Made by a program: the position numbers and the translations under genes. From Epithemia pelagica (taxonomy: Eukaryota > Protista > Bacillariophyta): a DNA stretch of 64,000 nucleotides. The notes under the pieces are model-generated. The model did not search any database and was not told the DNA's origin. It saw nothing but the letters and a program-made list of their open reading frames with translations. This document shows, piece by piece, positions 55,406 through 64,000 of the stretch (the first letter of the stretch is position 1; every line of letters starts with the position of its first letter). Where the stretch lies: assembly GCA_946965045.2 (NCBI GenBank), contig OX337234.1, forward strand, positions 2,418,001 to 2,482,000, read 5' to 3'.

Positions 55406-58400
55406 TCACCATCCTTGATTTAGTTTTCGGATGGTCTCAAAGATTTCTCGAGCCAGACCTTTCGTGAGGATGTCGGCCCGTTGCAACTTGGTGTCGATCT
55501 TGGAAATCGTAACCGTTCGATCTTCCATATTGGATTTCGAGGACACAATGGTTGCGTTTGTGGCTTTCACCTGGGACCAAAACCAGTGCCACTTGTTGTT
55601 TAGCGAGCGAGATCGAGAGGTGAGACGTTGGTTGGTAGCCACAAGGTAAGCACTATTGTTGTCCTCATGGACTTCTGCAGTAATCCGTGGCACACTTGGA
55701 TTGATTCTCACACAAGAGTTTAACTCGTTCAAGACTTCTTGCAACCAGACTACAACTCGCATGGCTTGAGACAGAGCCACGTATTCGGAGTGAAAGGTGC
55801 TTGTTGCAATTTCGCTTTGCAATTGAGATTTCCAAACCAGAGGACTTCCCCCGAAGAAGATGATATACCCAGTTCGGGACTTGGCGCTTGTTGGATCATC
55901 TTCTGGTTCTCGGCCGTGCAGACCCATGAAGTCTGCATCGACATAACAATCAAGCCGATAGTCTTTGCTTGGGCGAAAGATGGTGCCGTTGTCGATGGTC
56001 CGTGAGAGATATCGGATGATGGCTTTGACGGCTTGAGCGTGCGATTGTTTTGGATCATTGGAAAAACGTGCCACTTGGCTCACGGCAAACGTTATGTCTG
56101 GCCGTGTGTTGGTGGAGAGATACAACAACATACCAACCACTGACCGATAGTTCCAATTGTCTTTCATGGGAGGGCCGTTGGGATCACTTCCCAATCCAAT
56201 CTGCGCTGCAGGGGTCCAATTTCCGTTGCAGTCTTCCATCTTTGTGGTTTGGAGGATGCGTTTGATTAAGCCGGGTTGAGTCATTACAATCTCGTCCTTG
56301 TTCCGCTTGAAATCGATTCCCAGGTATTCTGCGAAATCGGAGTCTTTTGACAATTCGAAACCTTTTGTTTTCAGTCGTTCAATGAATGCATCCACAAGAG
56401 TCATGGTGGGTGCAACGATGCCACAATCATCCACCCAAATAAAGAGAAGCATGTCTGGTTTCATGAAGAAACATTCGTCATGGTCGCTTTTCTTGAAACC
56501 ATCTTCCAAAAGAGCTTCAATGAGTTTTTCATACCATAATCTAGGGGCAATGGTCAAACCGTAGAGACTCTTCAGTAGACGTAGGCAGGTGGGTTCTGAG
56601 CTGGTTGACTTGAAACCAGGTGGTATGTGGATCCAGATGGGTTCCTTGAGTTTTGCCTGGACGAAGGCATTGCTGAAGTCTATGCATACCATTACCCATT
56701 GTTGACTTAGGGCGTAGATCATGCAGATTCGGATGATTGCCCAATTTACAACTGGTGAATAGGCGTCTGGTGCTTGTTCTTGAAGGTCGCCTCTCACGCA
56801 GTAGCGTCCTTTGTGCTTCTTGATTGTTCCATCGGCGTGGCGTTTTCGTTTGAAAACCCATGTGCCTGGTAGAATCTTTGTTTTGGCAGCCGACTGTGGC
56901 TCTTCAATCCATGTCCCTTTTGCTGTCAACTCATCAATTTCTTGTTTTGCTGCCTTGCGCCAGTGAAGAAGGTCTGCATCTTTCAACGCTTGATCGTAGC
57001 TCAGAGTGTCGGGGTCTACGATGGTTGCCTTGAAGAGTCCAATTGTGGCTTGAAAAGGTAGGTTGTCAAGAGTATCGACGTGGGCAAGGTAGGACTTGTG
57101 TGTGGGGTCCATGGATTCGACGAGACGGTTGGGTGAACGTCGGTTTCGGCCGGATCGACGAGGGGCTGGAGAGGCATGCTCCCTCTGGTTGGATGGCTCC
57201 CTCTGTTGCTTGTGTTCAGGTGGTTGTGATTTGGAGGCAGGAGGAGCCTGTGTTGGTGTACTCTCCCTCTGCTCCGTGGGCATGGTCCAAGCATCTGCAA
57301 GGGAAAGGGGAGGGATTTTGTGCGGTGCAGCCAAAGTGGTGGGAGGAGGATTGGTCGACATGCGCGACGGAGCATCGGCAGGCGACGACGGAACACTGGG
57401 TGGGGCAGACACTGGACGCGGAGTACTGACGGGGTGGGGCAAGGGAGGGGCAGCCGTGGTTGAAGTTGGTGGGACGGCAGGGGTGTCGTATTCCAGTGGA
57501 ACAGGAGGGGTCGCGTTTTCCATGGCCTCAAAGATCTTGTTTTTGGTGAGTTCGGAGGCAGTGGCTTCGGGCGCGTCATTCGGAGAATCGTCGTCTGCTG
57601 ATGGATCGTCGTATCCTGGTGAGTGCAGAATGTTGTCCATGTTTGCAAAGATTTGGTCAACTGTTGCATGTGGTGAGTGGGAGTTTTCGTTGGTTGCTGC
57701 CACTGTTGCAAACCAGTCGTCGAAGACAACGTGGTATTGCGGTGAGATTGTGCCCGTGTCGAGGTTGAGTACGAGTGGAGCGGTGAGTGCATGTTGTTGG
57801 GAGAATCCAACAAACATGCAGCGTTGACTTCTTGGCTTCCATCGTGGTAATTTCTTACCGTCTTGTATTGTTTTGTTCAGAACATATGCCGGTGCACCCC
57901 AGACATGAAGATCGTGGAAGCGACGTTGCTCCCATCTTGTCTTGGTGAAGAGGTCGATGGGGGAAATTCCTGTTTCAATCTTTGGGAGTCGGTTGTAGAT
58001 GAAAACAGCATGGTCGACGGCCATGGGCCAAAGAGTTGGGTCTGCAACTTCGGGCCAATGGGTGGCGGCGTGTAACATCATGGTCCTTGCCATGGACATG
58101 ATGGTTTGGATGCTGCGCTCTGCCACGCCATTGTGGTGGTGTGCGCCTACACCAGCAAAGCTTGTTACTTGCTGAAAGGTTTGCAGGTGCTCGGTGTATT
58201 TCTTCGAGGTGAAAGCGGTGCCATTGTCTGTGTGATATTGTTGAATGATCACTCCTTGGTTCTGACATCGTTGTTCGTATTCTGTTTTTGCTTTTAGTGT
58301 TTGGTGGGTGTTAAGGTGAGTTTGCATGGATACGTCGATGTATCCACTTGCGTGGTCTACGAAAATGCATCCACCGCTAAGCATTGCTTCTTCTTTGGTT

Positions 58401-61400
58401 TTGCCTTTTGATGTGTAGAGGCGTCCTTTTGTCGAGCAGATGAAGTGGTCTGCTGAAACTTGTTGACCGGGAAAAAGGTGGTTCTTTTTCAGGGCTCCTT
58501 CTTTGTCTTGTATTTTGACGGTTTTCTGTCCTGGGGAGTGCCTGGTCTTTTGTTTTCCATAAAGACAAGCGGCACACAACGGAGGAGTTGTCAGTTTGCA
58601 GACGGCAGTGTGGAGTCGTCGCGACGACTCGTCATTCGACAATACACCAGAGCGGAGAACAAACTGGACGACGCGGAAGGGTGCATGTCCAAACCGGATG
58701 TGCCATTGGCTCCAGACCTTTTGTGGTGCTGAGAGGTTTATGTTTCGTTCGTCAACTGTGGTGACAGTGGCAACGAATGCAGAGACTGAACGGTTCACTC
58801 CTAGTCGGTGGTAGCAGATACTTTTCGGTAAGTTGCTTTCGGCTTCGATTTCGACTTTTATTGGTCCTCGAGCAGGGTCGTTTCTCACACCGCTGAGTTT
58901 GAGTCCTTGTGGTTCGATTTTTATGGTTTCTCCTTGGTATCGTTGTAAGAGGCTGCTTGTACTGAGAAGCCGACAGCCAGCTGCGGGTATGTACAGAGCA
59001 AGGAGTTCGATACATCGTAGCCGTCCATGGACGTCTTTGATGTACCATTCCACGACTCCTTGGCTTTCGACTTGTGCTCCTTCGGCCAAACCTTGGACCT
59101 GATAGTCAGGAGGTACGTCCCTCACTTTGTTTGGAATGAAATCGGTCTTGTCGTTCGTGATGGAGACACTTGCGCCTGAATCCCAAATGAGGAGAAAAGC
59201 TTGTTTGTCTTCCATTTCTGACTGAAATTTTCGTGGGTGATTGATTGCAGCTTGGAGCGCCAGATTTTGGCTCATGGTGTAAGCATGTGCCTGTATGGTG
59301 GTGGTGCTCATGAGTGATGGAAGTGGCTGTGGTCCTTGCAGTGGTCTAATCGTTGTATTGTTTGTCCTGTCTCGTTTGTGTTTCTTACGGTTTCGTCGAT
59401 GTGTTGGTTTCCGTGGTTTGGACTTTGGGTGAGATCGGTGTCGGTCGTGGTGGGAGCGAGGTTTCGGTGCCACAGCAATGGCATGGGTTGGTTGGTATTC
59501 TCCCTCTGATGTGGTACAGAGACCGAGTGCTGAGCGCAGCCATCGTCCAACAGAGCGGACCAAGGACATGCCAGAGTTTGGGGAGAGACATGTAACAATC
59601 AACCGGTGGGTGAGACAATCCACGGGTGAGTGGAGGGGACGCGACAAAGAGTGAACAATCTGCAAAGCAGCTGTAGCGCCTCCAAAACAGGAAAGGAGGT
59701 ATGGGAGTGCCTTTCTTGGAGCCAGATGTGGACCAATACACAACAAACCAGTGCCGAGCAAACCGGTGAGAGCGCCTTGCTTCACGGTTATCATCAGTGT
59801 TCTTGTAGAAGGCAGTGGTGGAAAGAATTGATGACGATTGGGATTAGAAGGAAGGTTCAGACGGAGTGGTTTCTTTTTCTTTCGTTTCGGTTTTGTCATA
59901 AACTTGGTGGTCGCAACATGGGCGGCTGGTTTGCTGGGCAGGTTGGTCAGATGTTCGTCGTGGGAGTCCGGGGTGATGTCATTTGGATTGATGGTGATAT
60001 CCATGGCATGACCAGGGAGTCCTTGTTTGTTCTGCTTGATGATGATGGCACCATAGTCGGAGATGGTGGCCAACTCCCATGCTGTGTGCAGGGTACTGCT
60101 CAGACTTGGTGTTTCCATGCTAAGACGGCTGTGATGTACTTGCTCGTCTAGTTGGAGAGCGGTTAGTGCTTCCTTCAGTTTCTGTTGGAGAGAAGGTAGT
60201 TGTTGTTCTAAAGTCTTCTTCAAACGTGGATTTTCTTCTTTGTGATAGGCCGTGTGTGTGTGGATAAAGTGCTCCACTAGGCTCTCAATGTGGTCTTGAC
60301 GGATGGCTGGGTCGTCGTCTCCCATCATTTGCCTTTGACGAGTTGCGAAGGGAATAATGGGAGAGGAGGGACGTTTCTTGGGGGCTGAGGGCTCGCCCGG
60401 CGCGTGGAAGAGTCGTGTTGGGGTGATGAACGACAGATCTAGGCTGTTGGGCGAGAGTGCACTGTAAGTACTGGGAGGCGTTTCCCTCTCAATGGGGGAT
60501 ACTTCATCGTCTTGAATCGCCGGCATCTTCCTATCAGGTGTTGGTTGGTCTTGTTCATGGAAGTTGGGCGGTTCTTTTTGGTCTTGTTCTTGATTTACTG
60601 GACAGTCTGACGGAATTTTCGTGTGGATGTCAGTGTTCGGTGGATCTTCATTCTTGTCGAATGTGAATGTTGCTTCATAGAAGTCATACCAGGTGTCATC
60701 GGTTCGTTCAGTTTCGCCGACATTTGAGTTGTTGTACTCTTTCCAAGGTGAGTTGATGGTTGCCACTTTGGCATTGAGATTCAGTTTATTTAGATCTACG
60801 GTAAAGTCGATGTCCGGTGGTTCGGGTGCTGGATCTTGTTCTTCATCTGTCTCACTCTCGTTGTTTGTTTCGTTTGCCATCGTAGGTGGGCAGGCTCCGT
60901 CGTTGTTGTCATCATCGTGATCGTTGTCATCTGCTTCGTCGTCGGCGTCTCCATTTGGGTCGTCGTCGTCGGTGTCTTCATCTTCTTCCTCTTCGTCATC
61001 TTCTTCATCGTCTTGGTCATTTTCTCCGTCGGCTGCATCGTTGTCGGTGGTGCTTGCGGTGTCACCTGTCTCGGTAGCTTCGTCGTCGGAGTCTTCTGGT
61101 GGATGAACAATGCGGTGCAGGTTCATGACGCGGCGTAGTTCATCCGTTGCAGCTTGGATGAAGGCTTGTCGGATGTTGGGTGGAAGAGCCATCAAGTCTC
61201 GGTTTGGGGCGTTTCGATCGTTGTCTTCTTCTTCGTCCGATGATTCTGCGATTGAGAGGTCGTCGGGGTCAATGAATGTGAGGGGACGAAATGTTGCCGG
61301 AGCTTGATGAAGGCCATATGGTGTGATTGGTCGTGGAACGAGAGGTGGGAGTTCGACGGATTCGTCGGTTTGGTCGGAATCGACGTTCCTGAACAGAGAG

Positions 61401-63277
61401 GCCAAGTCTGGATCCTCTTCTTCGTCGTCTTGAAAGTGTGGAATCAGTGGAGGCGGTTCTGTGGTTGCGGAGCTTTCATCGCTTGCATCGTTGGATTTGG
61501 CGTCGTCGCAACAATCAACCGGTCTCGTATCCAACAACATGTCGGTGGGTTCAACGGTGTTGTTGAGGAGAGACTCGTTTTGTGTGGTGTCTCGACGTTC
61601 TTCTCCCTCTGAAACAACAATCGACACATTATCATCATCATCTTCGGGGCCCGATGCGGAGAACGTGTCCCAGAACGAGTCAGAGATGGATGGCATGCTG
61701 TCGATGTCGTCTTGGGTTTGATCAGGAGCGACAGAGTCGAAATCTTCGACTGAGAGGAGGTTTCGGACGGGAAATCGTGCTGCCCAGGCGCCAGCATCAA
61801 GATCTAGGGAGATCATGTTTGCCTGAGGGGCTGCGATTCCGCCAGGGTTGGATGTTTTCTTGTTGGACTTGGAGTGTCCCTTGTAGTCATCCGAGTGCTG
61901 TGCCGTGGAGTGGGTGCCGGTCCATCGGCCGCAGTGGGCGCACCAGTACCAAGTTTTCCCTTCGACTGTCTTCGTTTCGGACTGTCCTTGGGAGGGTGCT
62001 TGGTACTTCCAGTTGACGGAGGATCCCGAGTGTGATTTGGTGGTTGTCTTGTTGTTGCTTCTGGAGGTGCGATTGGAGTTTCCCTTGGGTTTCTGGTTGA
62101 GAGATCCGCGACTGCCACCGCGCGAGTGTGCGCGTGGTCCGGAAGCTTGCTTGGAACTTTTGTGGGGACAATCTTTTGCCCAGTGGTCGAAACTGCCACA
62201 AATTAGACATGCTCCTTTCGACAAGGGGGTGTCGCCCATGTGTTGACGAAGGGCCATGGCTTGTACTTCCGAGAGGTTGGCAAAGGCTGCAGGAGGTGTC
62301 TTGGAGTCTTTGTTGTGGGTAGAAGCTGGCCATTTCTTGAGGTTCATGGCATCCATGTACAGAGCTTCGGCTTTGTCACAGATGTGGGCAAAGGAGAGTC
62401 CTTCTTTATCAAGAGTATCTTGTTGGTCTTGTTCCGTCATGTATCGAATCTCGAGAATTCGTTGTTGAACTTGTGGGTACAGATTCAACAATCCAAGGTT
62501 GTACAAGGGATCACCATTTGCGAGTGCAAAGGCTTGGAGAACGGACAAGGTAAGTGTTTGTTTGTAAAATCCTGATGCAAACAGATCCTCACAATCTGCC
62601 TTCATGTGTGCAGCCATTTCAGAGATGTCCTGCCCTGGATACATGAATGGGGTTCGGCTTGCGATCTTGGCGGATAAAGCATCGTATTTCTGAACCGAGT
62701 CGGATTGGAGAAGGTTAATAAAAGTCATCCAGGTAACGAGAAAGGAGTCCGTTGTGTTCGTCTTTGTTTCTAACATCTTGCGAATCTTCAGTTCGACAGA
62801 GTCGAGGAGACACATGCGTGCAGCGGTGTCGTTCTCTGAATCATATGGGTCGAAGTTGGCGCAGTGCACGGGGGCTGCCTTCTGCACAAGCTTGAGGTTA
62901 AAGCGGGTGTGCTCATTTACAATGTGTCGCATCTCGTTTGGGTTGGCTGGATCGGCGAGGTAGCAGATGGTGTCGAGACCTCGGAGTACGAAGATGTCGT
63001 TGAGACGCTTCATAAATTCGTGGAGGTTGTCTCCCTTTTTGTAACGAATTGACAATCCACTGCAGCGAGTCTCGAATCCGGTGATGTCTTTGCCGAATCG
63101 TCGTTGGTGAGGAGTTGCAGGGTAGGTTTTGGCGGTTGGGTCGAGTCCTTTCCAGGTGGGGAGAGGCTTTCCGCCGGTCCAAGCCGCCCACTTGTACTCG
63201 TCGAGTTGAACAAGATCGCCCATTGTGGGCTTGGGTGGCTTGAAAGTGGGCTTGGGTGTAGTTTCAGAACTTGCCAT
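55406..63277 (-). CDS. Copia Gag-Pol polyprotein (2623 aa)
   Basis: Zinc knuckle CLICGSFDHWAKDC; protease IWDSGAS; integrase WH.RFGH..CAAC, SADHF, HTDNG, NGVAERSI; RT IDFSNAF, LKSLYGL, WVDD; RNase H YVDADF, SEYVALS, HEDNNSA, ADILTKGL. Confidence 0.96.
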   Translation of the reverse strand: MASSETTPKPTFKPPKPTMGDLVQLDEYKWAAWTGGKPLPTWKGLDPTAKTYPATPHQRRFGKDITGFETRCSGLSIRYKKGDNLHEFMKRLNDIFVLRGLDTICYLADPANPNEMRHIVNEHTRFNLKLVQKAAPVHCANFDPYDSENDTAARMCLLDSVELKIRKMLETKTNTTDSFLVTWMTFINLLQSDSVQKYDALSAKIASRTPFMYPGQDISEMAAHMKADCEDLFASGFYKQTLTLSVLQAFALANGDPLYNLGLLNLYPQVQQRILEIRYMTEQDQQDTLDKEGLSFAHICDKAEALYMDAMNLKKWPASTHNKDSKTPPAAFANLSEVQAMALRQHMGDTPLSKGACLICGSFDHWAKDCPHKSSKQASGPRAHSRGGSRGSLNQKPKGNSNRTSRSNNKTTTKSHSGSSVNWKYQAPSQGQSETKTVEGKTWYWCAHCGRWTGTHSTAQHSDDYKGHSKSNKKTSNPGGIAAPQANMISLDLDAGAWAARFPVRNLLSVEDFDSVAPDQTQDDIDSMPSISDSFWDTFSASGPEDDDDNVSIVVSEGEERRDTTQNESLLNNTVEPTDMLLDTRPVDCCDDAKSNDASDESSATTEPPPLIPHFQDDEEEDPDLASLFRNVDSDQTDESVELPPLVPRPITPYGLHQAPATFRPLTFIDPDDLSIAESSDEEEDNDRNAPNRDLMALPPNIRQAFIQAATDELRRVMNLHRIVHPPEDSDDEATETGDTASTTDNDAADGENDQDDEEDDEEEEDEDTDDDDPNGDADDEADDNDHDDDNNDGACPPTMANETNNESETDEEQDPAPEPPDIDFTVDLNKLNLNAKVATINSPWKEYNNSNVGETERTDDTWYDFYEATFTFDKNEDPPNTDIHTKIPSDCPVNQEQDQKEPPNFHEQDQPTPDRKMPAIQDDEVSPIERETPPSTYSALSPNSLDLSFITPTRLFHAPGEPSAPKKRPSSPIIPFATRQRQMMGDDDPAIRQDHIESLVEHFIHTHTAYHKEENPRLKKTLEQQLPSLQQKLKEALTALQLDEQVHHSRLSMETPSLSSTLHTAWELATISDYGAIIIKQNKQGLPGHAMDITINPNDITPDSHDEHLTNLPSKPAAHVATTKFMTKPKRKKKKPLRLNLPSNPNRHQFFPPLPSTRTLMITVKQGALTGLLGTGLLCIGPHLAPRKALPYLLSCFGGATAALQIVHSLSRPLHSPVDCLTHRLIVTCLSPNSGMSLVRSVGRWLRSALGLCTTSEGEYQPTHAIAVAPKPRSHHDRHRSHPKSKPRKPTHRRNRKKHKRDRTNNTTIRPLQGPQPLPSLMSTTTIQAHAYTMSQNLALQAAINHPRKFQSEMEDKQAFLLIWDSGASVSITNDKTDFIPNKVRDVPPDYQVQGLAEGAQVESQGVVEWYIKDVHGRLRCIELLALYIPAAGCRLLSTSSLLQRYQGETIKIEPQGLKLSGVRNDPARGPIKVEIEAESNLPKSICYHRLGVNRSVSAFVATVTTVDERNINLSAPQKVWSQWHIRFGHAPFRVVQFVLRSGVLSNDESSRRLHTAVCKLTTPPLCAACLYGKQKTRHSPGQKTVKIQDKEGALKKNHLFPGQQVSADHFICSTKGRLYTSKGKTKEEAMLSGGCIFVDHASGYIDVSMQTHLNTHQTLKAKTEYEQRCQNQGVIIQQYHTDNGTAFTSKKYTEHLQTFQQVTSFAGVGAHHHNGVAERSIQTIMSMARTMMLHAATHWPEVADPTLWPMAVDHAVFIYNRLPKIETGISPIDLFTKTRWEQRRFHDLHVWGAPAYVLNKTIQDGKKLPRWKPRSQRCMFVGFSQQHALTAPLVLNLDTGTISPQYHVVFDDWFATVAATNENSHSPHATVDQIFANMDNILHSPGYDDPSADDDSPNDAPEATASELTKNKIFEAMENATPPVPLEYDTPAVPPTSTTAAPPLPHPVSTPRPVSAPPSVPSSPADAPSRMSTNPPPTTLAAPHKIPPLSLADAWTMPTEQRESTPTQAPPASKSQPPEHKQQREPSNQREHASPAPRRSGRNRRSPNRLVESMDPTHKSYLAHVDTLDNLPFQATIGLFKATIVDPDTLSYDQALKDADLLHWRKAAKQEIDELTAKGTWIEEPQSAAKTKILPGTWVFKRKRHADGTIKKHKGRYCVRGDLQEQAPDAYSPVVNWAIIRICMIYALSQQWVMVCIDFSNAFVQAKLKEPIWIHIPPGFKSTSSEPTCLRLLKSLYGLTIAPRLWYEKLIEALLEDGFKKSDHDECFFMKPDMLLFIWVDDCGIVAPTMTLVDAFIERLKTKGFELSKDSDFAEYLGIDFKRNKDEIVMTQPGLIKRILQTTKMEDCNGNWTPAAQIGLGSDPNGPPMKDNWNYRSVVGMLLYLSTNTRPDITFAVSQVARFSNDPKQSHAQAVKAIIRYLSRTIDNGTIFRPSKDYRLDCYVDADFMGLHGREPEDDPTSAKSRTGYIIFFGGSPLVWKSQLQSEIATSTFHSEYVALSQAMRVVVWLQEVLNELNSCVRINPSVPRITAEVHEDNNSAYLVATNQRLTSRSRSLNNKWHWFWSQVKATNATIVSSKSNMEDRTVTISKIDTKLQRADILTKGLAREIFETIRKLNQGW

Positions 63278-63499
63278 GCTGGAGGTGTCCGAGGCGTTTC
63301 CGTGAGAACTGGAACTGTTGAAGACGATTTCTTCTTCAATTGGCTCAAAGGAGAAGTGGCTCCCTAGAGTCGATGGCGAAGCGTCGCTTGGGGTAGACAG
63401 CTTGTTGGCCTGTCAAAAATCTCGAGAAGGGGTACTAGTCCGACGATGATGGTCGTTGGGCTAGAACAGAGGAAACGATAGCGGGTTAGGCTGTAATTT

Positions 63500-63512
63500 G
63501 GGCGTAATAACC
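63500..63512 (-). promoter_or_regulatory. Putative PBS GGTTATTACGCCC (half-tRNA-like)
   Basis: Abuts the LTR end (..CTGACA). Resembles the copia/Ty5-type GGTTATG(G/A)GCCC but is imperfect. Confidence 0.45.
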
Positions 63513-64000
63513 TGTCAGAGTCACTAGCATACACTGGGTATACTAATAGCTAAGGGAATACCGCGTAGTCGGGGTGGAGATTGATCAAGTCTCCACACCA
63601 ACCTAGAAGTCTTTTGCGTTGCAAAAACTCCTGTATCGATATTATGATTAAAGCTATAGAGTAAACAAAGTGATCTTGAGTTCCTCATTTTGATTCCTCG
63701 CTTTGGTTTCCAGGAATTGATCTGCTATCTTGCAACGCACAGCTTGATTCAAATGGACGATAGTTATCTCATTTGTTGTTTGTTGTGTCATAGGTTAGTT
63801 AGCAAAACATGAGTGTCGTAGACACAAACAACGAGTGGCCCGGCGTTCTGTGGCGCCAAAAGCCCATCCTGCGCGTTATGCATGCGCGGATTCCGACATG
63901 TAGGCTTATATCATTGGGTCATGCAACACAAACTGCCAGTCGTGCAAATTCAATATTTCAAAACACAAATACAAATTTGGAAACGCGACTGGTGCTAAAA
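63513..64000 (-). repeat. 5' LTR of Copia (truncated by window end)
   Basis: Matches 54877-55364 at an offset of 8636. Confidence 0.92.

Larger units (their letters stand above)
54877..64000 (-). mobile_element. Full-length autonomous Ty1/Copia LTR retrotransposon (5' LTR runs off the window)
   Basis: LTRs 54877-~55367 and 63513->64000 appear identical over the visible 488 bp. PPT aagagggagag at 55378-55388 (minus strand). Uninterrupted gag-PR-IN-RT-RH ORF. Confidence 0.95.

Overview
Eukaryotic, gene-dense window, most likely from a diatom or related stramenopile (inferred from bipartite plastid-targeting presequences, short GT-AG introns and diatom-type Copia elements). Host genes: UVR-like coiled-coil protein, NTAN1, thylakoid-lumen cyclophilin-like protein, Notchless, DHHC palmitoyltransferase, FHA+RINGv protein, plastid-type ArgRS, RlmJ-like methyltransferase, REEP/YOP1, DNAJC21, a TrhO/rhodanese-pseudouridine synthase fusion and PDK. 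Two nested transposon clusters interrupt them. (1) 13.5-26.3 kb: a TIR-bounded DNA transposon (DDE-like transposase plus a convergent orphan ORF) with a young non-autonomous LTR retroelement inside it (762-bp LTRs, GTTTG TSD, PBS matching a tRNA-Asn anticodon arm). (2) 39.6-64 kb: two stop-disrupted ORFs (DUF6604-like; Crinkler/RHS-like NTPase-nuclease), an intact CTCCCTCC mariner (DD43D), a MITE, a MULE/SWIM transposase convergent with a TET/JBP-like 2OG-Fe(II) dioxygenase ORF, and an intact Copia with a 2623-aa polyprotein inserted into that transposase. The best candidate novel system is the MULE + TET/JBP-like pair, a possible transposon-borne anti-silencing module. All family assignments come from motif recognition by eye; no database search was run.
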